Program-made: the position numbers and the translations under genes
Origin: Styela clava
Lineage: Eukaryota
Length of the DNA stretch: 64,000 bases
Direction of reading: 5' to 3'
NCBI RefSeq assembly: GCF_964204865.1
Contig: NC_135250.1
Location: forward strand, 10,292,001 to 10,356,000
Shown here: positions 54,744 through 64,000 of the stretch, one piece after another
How the letters are laid out: every line of letters starts with the position of its first letter
Numbering within the stretch: the first letter of the stretch is position 1
Notes under the pieces: generated by a model
What the model was told of the DNA's origin: nothing
Database searches by the model: none
Seen by the model: only the letters and a program-made list of their open reading frames with translations

Positions 54744-55234
54744 GTAGACAAATTTAGGAGAGTCGAAACACGAAGGACCGTAAACACAAAAACCAAAGCG
54801 ATCGCTCGGCAACCTGTCCAATAATTTTTCTTCCAGCTACCAAGTCTTCACTTTTTGGGGTGTAGGGAGTCTATAAATAACCAAATAGACTATCTGGATT
54901 CCAGATAAAAGTCATAGTCACAGTTAGTCGTTTTTCAGTATGCTTATGAATAATTGACAATTAGAATGAATAAATGCATTAGCGGATGTTATAAGATAGT
55001 AAAAATCCACTCGGGTTGCTTTATTTTTTAAGATACTGATTTCTATAGTAATTTGTTTGTTAATTATTTATTTGGTATTGAAGCTCAATATATATGTAGG
55101 AAGCATCACGTAAAAACCTGGCGGCATCTATTTTGCATGCTCATGGCTGACAAACCCACCTTTCTCATTTCTGGGATGATTAAATGTTGGGTGAAAATGA
55201 TTGTTTCATATTAGTTATGTAATTTTGCGACCAT

Positions 55235-55281
55235 AAATTTTTAAATTGGGGTCGCTTGAAAAAAAAGGCTGTGAGTCACTG
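55235..55281. mobile_element. Right-end fragment of the 49301-49685 MITE family
   Basis: ggggtcgcttgaaaaaaaaggctgtgagtcactg matches gggtcgcttgaaataaaaggttggaaaccactg. Confidence 0.55.
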
Positions 55282-56699
55282 TTACAGACAGGGAACAAGT
55301 ACAAAGTCATGCTGATCAAAATCGCGAATGTAAATGCGGATCCACGAATAGCATCTCGGAGGAAGGGATTCTGTGGAAGCGCCAAGAGCTTTGATACGGT
55401 GTCAATTGCTGGGAGTTTGGTAACGACAAGAGTGGCAGTTTTTATTTTATAGCTGGTTGGGTTCCAGTATGGGTTCATGCTTAATAAAAAAAGCACTAAT
55501 AAAGGCATTAATGTATGTTATAAGACATGACACTAGTACAAATGCTGATCAAAAATTAGGCCGAGTTTTGATTCCCCGCATACTTGTTAGGACTATAATA
55601 GGGGCTTGGTGTAGAAGTCAAGACGCCCCGAAAATTTGTTCGCATTCTCTAGCGTTCCAATATGGTGACAAATTCTGTAGAAGACAGATTAAAAACCCAT
55701 CTTGATTTATGCAATAGTTGAACCGGTATGTTAGTCGTTGAGTTGAACTGAATATTGTTTTATTGCAACGACTAGGCTTGTGGTGATAGGAAAAGTTAGC
55801 CTCCGTAAATATGTACCGCAGCGCAAAACTTGTTTAGAATTAGTCTCATTAATTAAAATCTTGAATACTTGTAGTGACATGCAAGAGCGTAGCCAGTGCC
55901 CATTTTTTTGTTATGAAGGGAGAATTTGAACTAGCGGTGGTATTGTGTCTGCGATATCACTTCTCCATCGTTCATTGATATACTCAATTTGTTTATATCA
56001 ACTCTTTTGTGGCGCCCCTATCCTTATGCTATATACAATCCTAGATATTTGGTCATCAGATGTCAGCATCAACTCTGAGATACAGTATTTGTTTAATTTA
56101 ATCGAATTTGTATAACCCGAACAATCTGCACCACAAAACAATAAACACACAAAAAAAATCTGAGAAAACGTGAATTGGTATATAAAAACTCTTTCATCGT
56201 AATAAGAAAAGGACACGAATTTCATTTCTAATGGTGGAAAACCAAGCAAAAAAGTGCCAATCGGTAAACAGATCCAACCGAATACACCTAAATCATGACA
56301 CAAAGGAAACAAGTTTCTAATTCGAGCGCTGGAATTCGTCTTCACATCTCTTCGCTCTGCTCGATGTAATCAGTAAAACAAATTACCTCTTAATTCCCTT
56401 TTTAAAACTTTTCATATTCAATTGAATATTCATATTGAATAGATAGTTATTCAATTTTTGATTGAGCATGAAAGAAATTTCGTGAGGCCCCCTTAAAGTG
56501 ACGTTTTAATTACTCTCTAAATTCTAAAATATATCGCGACGTCATAATAGGCCTTCCACTGACATGTGAATGTATTATGACGCCACAAGTAAATTTTAAA
56601 ATTGCTTGAAATACGGAAGTTCAGGTACATGCACGATACGCTAGAGCTAGGTAATCACCTGAGTATATTGGATAATAATTTGGATGTAAAAACAATTCA

Positions 56700-57097
56700 A
56701 GAAAATCAAGGCTAGGGATAAAAGGTCATGAAACCAAAAAACCCGACATCATGTTATACGTTTCTAGTCGCGTGGATGGGGGGCATGGCCCAATTACTGG
56801 TAAATAAAACATTACCGAGAAATAAAACGAGAATATCGGTCAGGGACCGAAGACTTATCGATCGAAAGTTAAGGGATCCCCGTAAACAGCGCTCTTACTC
56901 CATAGTGACACCTTGTAACCCATCACTAATTAATTAATACCTCGCTTCAATAGGCTTCTGGTACGACATATGATGAATGAATGCAAATGCAAAATCTGTA
57001 GCCGATTCGATCTCGTATTCGTGAGATATCGCGTGCTTCTAACAGACAGACAGACAAATACCTAACAACATACTTACCGATTAAAATCGATAAGTAA
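56700..57097 (+). mobile_element. Possible Helentron-associated (DINE-1/HINE-like) non-autonomous element
   Basis: (CAGA)n microsatellite at ~57044-57057 followed by a terminal stem-loop TACTTACCGAT-TAAA-ATCGATAAGTA; the 5' boundary is uncertain. Confidence 0.4.
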
Positions 57098-57213
57098 TAA
57101 TCATTCCATTTTTTCAAATATTTGAGTATTTGATATAAACAGCAATCTGGATATGGTTACAATTTATACCAATTCTTCGATTATAAGAATAAAAACTTTT
57201 AATTAATTTAAAT

Positions 57214-57950
57214 CGGAAGTCGGCAAACTGCGGCCCGCGAGCTAATTTGTTGCGGCCCTTGAACGACCCGATTCAATACATAAAACAAAAATTAATCCTA
57301 AATTTATTATTGTCTCTACATCGATTTATGTGGTAACAAGTGCTGCTGTACGGTGCTTGTTTTGTAATAAGTAGAATCATTTGTATGTCGTTCGAGTTAA
57401 TTTTGATTTTCAATATTTAACAATGTCTGGGAAACGGAGGGTAGTTCGCGACGAGGATTGAACATTCCAAAGTACTTGGACGGAAAAATATTTTTCTTTC
57501 TTGCGCATTCCAAAATCAGTTTGCTCGATATGCCCAGTCAGCATCGAAATTATTAAGGGATTCAATGTTAAACTCGTTACGAAACGTGTCATCGAAAATT
57601 CGACCCCGAGACCCGTGACTGCGCCACAGTTCATCTGTGCGACAGTGCAAAAGTGCACGTTCGGAAGCAAATATTGCTGTGAGCAAGCAGCCTTATCTAA
57701 AATGCATTGCTCTTAGAATAAATTTCGTACTCGTGAGTAAATAAAAACAATGTATTGTTGAATAATATATTGAAAAAGGTCACATACACATCTCATTGTG
57801 ACAGGCTTTTAACGCAGCAATAGAACGTGCGAATGCGCCATAATTTGAAGTTTAATATGGCGATTGTTCGAAAGCGGAAATATTGCGGCCCGCGCGCTAC
57901 CGAAAATGTGTATATTTGGCCCGCAAGTACATAAAGTTTGCCGACCTCTG
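57214..57950 (+). mobile_element. Non-autonomous hAT element with a SPIN/GTF2IRD2-like transposase N-terminal remnant
   Basis: TIRs CGGAAGTCGGCAAACT / CAGAGGTCGGCAAACT; perfect TSD ATTTAAAT; remnant MSGKRRVVRDED*TFQSTWTEKYF..KSVCSIC from ~57423. Confidence 0.88.
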
Positions 57951-60767
57951 ATTTAAATATTTTTTTTTCGCTAGGGAAAAGATTTTCAAATCTAAACAAA
58001 TTCAATTATTTGACCTATTTAAATTTTGTTACCTTTTCAAACGTAAAATATTCATTCAGCGTGTTGAGAAAGTCAAATTTTGCGATCACTCTGTGTATTT
58101 AAATAACAACTACTCCAGAAAACTATTGGAACTTTTTTAACCTTTACAGAATTTGATATTTTTTAATGCACATATGACAAATGATGAGATTAAAATGAAA
58201 ATCCTTACACTGTTTTATTATACATGCTACTAATCAAATGACTGTGACATATATATGTGTATTTATAAACGATATCTACCTTTTATACTGCGTCAAGTAT
58301 GGTCAACAGGCAACGTCTGTTCATAAATATGCGCGTTATAATTGAAGATTATTTTCGCATATGGCGATAGTCGCTTTAGTTGCATAATTTATTGGCCATG
58401 TAATTGTCAATTAAAGCGAGCTCCTTCAGGGACTTCTGGTAAAATGAATTAAACAAAGAAATGATAAGAAGAATCGCATGCATTTAATTATAATTTCCTT
58501 TAAAATATGAATTGAAATTGATGAATTTCGACCCTTAATTGTGTCAATTTCGGTTATGAATAATTTCTGGACGGTTGTCGATTAATTCCATCTTATATTT
58601 GACAACAATCGATTTCAATTTCCACGGCACTTAAGAGACTATCTGGAAGGAATAATAATTCTCGCCTTATGAAAAATTGAATTGATATATCAAAATAAGC
58701 TCAGGAATAATTTGAAAACACTTTATGACAACTCCGAAAAGGGAAACACATTTAAGGTATAGCTATAACTACATAATGACAATGAAATCAAAACTGTCAA
58801 AGTTTGTGACGATTCCTAGATAGCGAAACCAAATTGCATATATATACATTTAAATTAATTTCGCTTTCTCAATGTTATGGTGTCCCAGTTTCTTCTACTG
58901 AACTGTTGTACTACGTGTATGTGATTTTCAAGTATCCTTATTTTATTCTCCACTTTGTCATCATGTTTTTATTGTAAAGTTCAGCGTATTGTATGGACAC
59001 TTTTTTGAAAATAAATTTATCTAACTTCTTTTTTTACTGTTGTACATTGGCAGTATTCCCACACTTCGTATTTCATATTATTGTGCTGGTCTAACATAAT
59101 AAAAGCACGTTTATTAGATTGATCTTAAAATTTAAAGTTAAAATTGACCACCTTGGAAATTATTATACCTCGAGTAATTCCGATTTATCCATGAACCATA
59201 TTCAAAAAGATGAAAAATGATTTAAATAATGTCGATCGCACTAAAGTGTAATTTAACTCAATCCAAAGGCTTAAAAATCACTTTGTACGAAGGGGTACTT
59301 ACAATCATCTACAAATCCCCCGACATATTCCGTTTAGTTACACGGATTGGGCATAACCCCTAATTTAGTACTGAATCTGAGCGTTCCCACAATCGAATTA
59401 TTTTTTGACAATAACCCGCGACAAGGTATACACGCAACGTTGTCATGTTTTTTCAAAAATCTTTTTATGAAAAATATAACATTTTTGGATCCCCGGAAAT
59501 TACCAAAATATTAAATTATGGGTTTCAATATTTTAAATCCATGGGAAACATGATTCTTTCCCCCACGTTACACGATATCTTAGTAAGTAACAATTTGTAA
59601 AAGATTACTCTACATATAATAATGTTTTTTTGTGTAATAATAAATTCGTGAAGTTTGTTATGTTTTCCTTATTTTCATTTATTGTCTTCCGTCACTTTGA
59701 TTATTTTTTCAATGTTTTGTTTTTTAATCCTGAATGCACTACTAACTTCATAAAAATATTCGTAAACAAAGAATTATTTAGTCAGTTGTAAGTGATGTCA
59801 AATTCAAACCGAAACCACAATGAAAAATTGACAATTAGAATTTTGTTTACAAAATTATGTTGCTTTAAATTAAATTAATAGTAATTAAAACGATATTCCT
59901 ATTTAAATACACGACTGTGTTGATCATGTTCAACAATTTTCTTTTCACTACCACGAAGGGTTACGAGCTAGAGCACAATCCGTTTAAAAACAGCAACCCC
60001 CATTCAAAGGAAAAAGAGTAGGTGGGTGTTACACTCTGACAAACATTAATTGTGAAGTAATTCGAAAACGGTGTATTATGTTTTTTTTTTCATAGTCTAT
60101 TTGAAAGTTTCGTGAAATGAAGTAATTGTATCTTTATTTTAGTATTTGGAATCCATGTAAATATAACGCGATGTTGCTGTCGTAAAAATAAAAATAAATT
60201 TTTAAACGATTCATGTTTTCTCGCACTCGAAAACATAAACATATCTGAAGTCTTCTTCTTAAGCCGCCTATTATTTTGCTTTAATTTACACATTTATAAT
60301 GAAAGATAATGCGTTAAATTAATAAGTATAAGTTAAACGTCTTGAGTACTTCGCTGGCAAACATTTACCCAAATTATAAACTCTCCCAGTTTACTGTTTC
60401 CTTCCTCATAAAAATTTTATTCGACTTCTGTTTTCGTTTATAATAAAGAATATTTTTCCAATATACAACAACTGGATTAATATTGAGTGTAAAACTTGTC
60501 TTGATTAGCAATTATAATAATATTATTTATTTATGCATATATCGATAATAAATTCAGGACGCGTGGAAATAAGATTTAAAAATCAAAGTGCGGCGGCGAC
60601 AAAATACCGGATTAAGTAAATATAACAAGTCGATATCTCTTTTTACGCATCGGTTGTCGATACTTATATAAGAAGATAGATCTTAGCAAGTTATCGCTTT
60701 CACACGCAATCCTAGTTGGAATACAGCTGAGTTGAGATTTTTTTATAAAAAGTAGTTATAAATCAGT

Positions 60768-62832
60768 ATGTCCCGTAAATTGTCAGTCGGATCGATTGAA
60801 AATTGCAAAAGTGATTTTGGAGAAACAACAAAAGTGGAAAATGAAGTTCGACACCATGCTAGTTTTTATATAGATGAAATATTAAACAACCGAGAAAAAT
60901 CAACCCCGTTACGGCAAACTATATCACCGCCTATGCTTCCTGTTTTTCTACCTCAAGCTCTACCAGTAAATCCTAATTCGAAGGTAAGCAAAATATTTGG
61001 TATTAATTTTAATCCTAGATTCTTTAGCTATATAGAACTACATCATCTAGAAATTCAATTTACCTCGTATCATTCAAGCAATTTTTACTTCTCACGTCTA
61101 GATAAAAAGTACTGAAAGGCCCATGACACAAGCAGAAGTACTCATAGAAAACAATCAATTTATCCTAAAACGAACAATATTTAAAAAAATAATTTGGTAA
61201 TTTATGTCATAACCTATATCATAGAATATTGTGTTTGAACTTTTTTGTGAACTGAGCTAATAAAAAGATCTTTTATATTTTAGTTGAATGAACTGTTCAA
61301 CGGATTCAGAAACAATACAATGATGAAAGTATTGCCAATTGTATCTCAGAGTTCGCAAGGTAAGAACTTTTATTGAAAGTTGTCTGTGAATATTTTGAAA
61401 TTTTATTTCACTTATTGTTTAACGTTTTATTGAAATTGATTTTAAATTTTGTAGAACACCAAGAGAGTTTCTGGAACCAAAGTAAGAGACGTAGAATCAG
61501 AACTAATTTTAATAGTTGGCAACTCGAAGAATTAGAAAAATCATTCAAAACGTCTCATTATCCGGATATTTATGTCAGAGAAGCAATTGCTCATCGTCTT
61601 GATTTGATGGAATCTCGTGTACAGGTATAATATTCACTTACTTGTAACGAGATTTTTTTTTTAATAAACTGGCACAAAAAACATTATGAAGTTGAATGCG
61701 TTTAGCTAATACCATTTTGTACAGTTAAAACAATGGAATGAGTATTTCTATTTACATTTATTTTGAGAATTGTAAGTACAGCAAAAAAGGTAACAATTTA
61801 TTTTGATTGCCAGGTGTGGTTTCAAAACAGACGGGCTAAGTGGCGAAAAAGTGAAAACACGAAGAAGGGGCCCGGGAGGCCTCCTCACAATGCAAAACCA
61901 ACGACTTGCTCAGGTTTGTACTTGATTTAATTTTCTATACAATTTGCCGAATATTTTAATAACGACGTGCTAATTGAGAACTTGAGAATTTGATAGCAAA
62001 TAAAAGTAATAGCCGTGTAGCCTATGTAAGAATCCTATCTTTAATCAATTTGAGATCTGATTTCAGTAGTCGGCGAAACATCAATTTTGTTTTGTCCCAA
62101 TAATAACATAAAAATACACTTTAAAACGACTGGCATGCCACTCCAAGGTTAGCAAAATATTTATATACAGTATTTCAAAGTACAGCCCGTCTATATTTTC
62201 TTGTATTTGGTCCTTATTATTAATTACTAATTATACTAAACGTTACAAGAAAGCCAAACCGATCTTAAAAGCTGGACGGTAATTATTTTTTTCCTGCGAC
62301 GTGGTGCAGCACGGTTTCTAATATAACGGGAAAATAATTGAATCTCTCACATATCACAGGAGAACCCATGGACCCACTGGAAATTGAAAAGCGTGAAAAG
62401 GCACGACTAGAGAAACGGCGGAATCGGAAACATACAGGGAAATCTGTAGATGATACACTGAAAATCCAAGATGTACAGTCACATACAGCAGCAGAGCAAG
62501 CCAAAAACATACCATCGTTTCCTCTGACAAACTTGCAACCGTTTTTCAACAGGCAGGTAGCCCCGAATTTTGGCTCCACTACGCCTGTGTTCCCGGACGT
62601 TGGGGCATTTTCTCTCTTACTCAAAGCAATAGGAGAGAACAGACCGCAACATTTAAACACAGCTAACAATGTTGCTGAGTTTCATAAACAAGCGAGCGTT
62701 CTTTCCAGTGTTTTTTTAACGTGGAAAAAATATTGCGATTCGCTTCCCAAAAACAACACTTTTCCGAACTTTTTAAATCTTGCCAAGTTAAATTCGAACA
62801 CATTCGCTGGGCCAATAAATGATACCTCATGA
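60768..62832 (+). CDS. UNCX: Uncx / Unc-4 paired-type (Q50) homeobox transcription factor, 344 aa
   Basis: Exons 60768-60983, 61284-61359, 61455-61624, 61814-61913 and 62360-62832 (1035 nt). Homeodomain [56 protein letters not shown], followed by the Unc-4-family extension [30 protein letters not shown]-like TATATAA at about 60665. Confidence 0.93.
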
Positions 62833-63297
62833 ACTTTTTATGCGCAGTATTTATTATGATGTTCCCAACTGTTTTTATATTGTCAATGTGCCGGTAACTT
62901 GTGAGTAATAAAAATAACTAAGATCATCTACATGAACTTAGAATTATAATTTGGATAAATTGGTCGCATTAAAAACACGACAATATTTTGCGAAGACAAT
63001 TACCCCGCACATACAGAATAAATGCTACGATTCGACACAACGGAATAGGCGTCTTTCGCAGAAAACCTAATCTCCAAATTACCACTTTTGCCATAACTCC
63101 CGAACTCTGAACCATATTCATTCCAAACAAAGATGTCACTAATTGCTACAATACATAGGCCTCAAATCATAGCTGAGCTACTGCGAGGAAAATTAGAACA
63201 TGCAGGGTTTCATATAGTAATCATATAGGTGAAAGTGAATAAAATTGAAGCTTGCAAATATTTGGTTGTGTTGTCAAGTGTTTGGGTTACCAAGTTC

Positions 63298-63486
63298 AGT
63301 ATCGCTCAGTTTGGTGCTATGTGTTAGGAACGCGACTGCCATCGCTCCGCAGATTAGCCTGCAAATTCAACTATTACTGGGATGATCATATAAAACGGTT
63401 TTTGTTTAGCTACTTCCGTTCCCATTCGTAAATGGTCGTGTGCCAGTTTACCACACAATTAATAAGCCCTATCGACTTTCTTCTTT
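63298..63486 (+). mobile_element. Old, diverged copy of the SINE
   Basis: Shares gtgc..gttaggaa.cgc in the head and taagccct.atcgactttc at the 3' end with the 48298 element. Confidence 0.45.
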
Positions 63487-64000
63487 CGCAGGATATGGGA
63501 ATCTTGTCTGGTATCATCTCTTTATTAATATGGCAAAGCAAGTTGACCTTGAGTATTTGTCGCTAGGTGGCAGCGAGTGCGCTCTGTAGGGCGGAGTGTA
63601 CAATTGATAAAGTTCATCTCAAATGCCTGCGTCACATGGAAATGAAACTGATCATGACTTACGCATTGGCGTAAGTGTATATATATTACCTTCAAAACGA
63701 AGTTATTTTGCTTGGAAACACGCTTGAATACTAGCTCTTCAAGCGAGACACAAAGTGATCTGGTTGTTTTCATACATATTCTAGCTAGAGAGATCGAATT
63801 ATGCATCATATCATGCTACTGTAGAAGCAGTTCCGGCGCGTCCTACACTATTACGTCATTAAACGTGTGTCGAATAATCAATAAATATATAGACAGTTGA
63901 CCATTGTTGCCAACATATGCCAGTGCATACTGCATATCAAACTTTTGAATGAAATTCCGAATTCCATTCAACCAATACCCAAAGTTAGCTAAATTAACTT

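Noticed and set aside
62283-62669. 128-aa antisense ORF
   Set aside because: Shadow of Uncx exon 5.

Overview
AT-rich eukaryotic (metazoan) genomic DNA with short GT-AG introns. The gene content and compact introns suggest an invertebrate chordate, possibly an ascidian; this is an inference only. Five spliced genes can be rebuilt by hand with consistent exon phases. (1) A 12-exon secreted modular CAP/SCP protein, about 785 aa (+, 14226-17889). (2) A 4-exon, 105-aa secreted cationic six-cysteine peptide gene (-, 28614-25031) that the ORF track misses entirely. (3) A 3-exon NR0B (SHP/DAX-1-like) nuclear receptor with no DNA-binding domain, whose stop codon falls exactly on the AF-2 acidic residue (-, 40622-35887). 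(4) The 11-exon pyruvate dehydrogenase E1-alpha gene (-, 54743-48042). (5) A 5-exon Uncx/Unc-4 paired-type homeobox gene (+, 60768-62832). Introns and intergenic DNA hold at least eight Buster-type hAT elements/MITEs (one nested inside a TA-flanked Tc2/pogo-like MITE), a Tc1/mariner-like MITE, a fold-back element and several copies of a tRNA-derived SINE. I recognise no gene in the first ~14 kb. Most ORF-track entries are chance ORFs.
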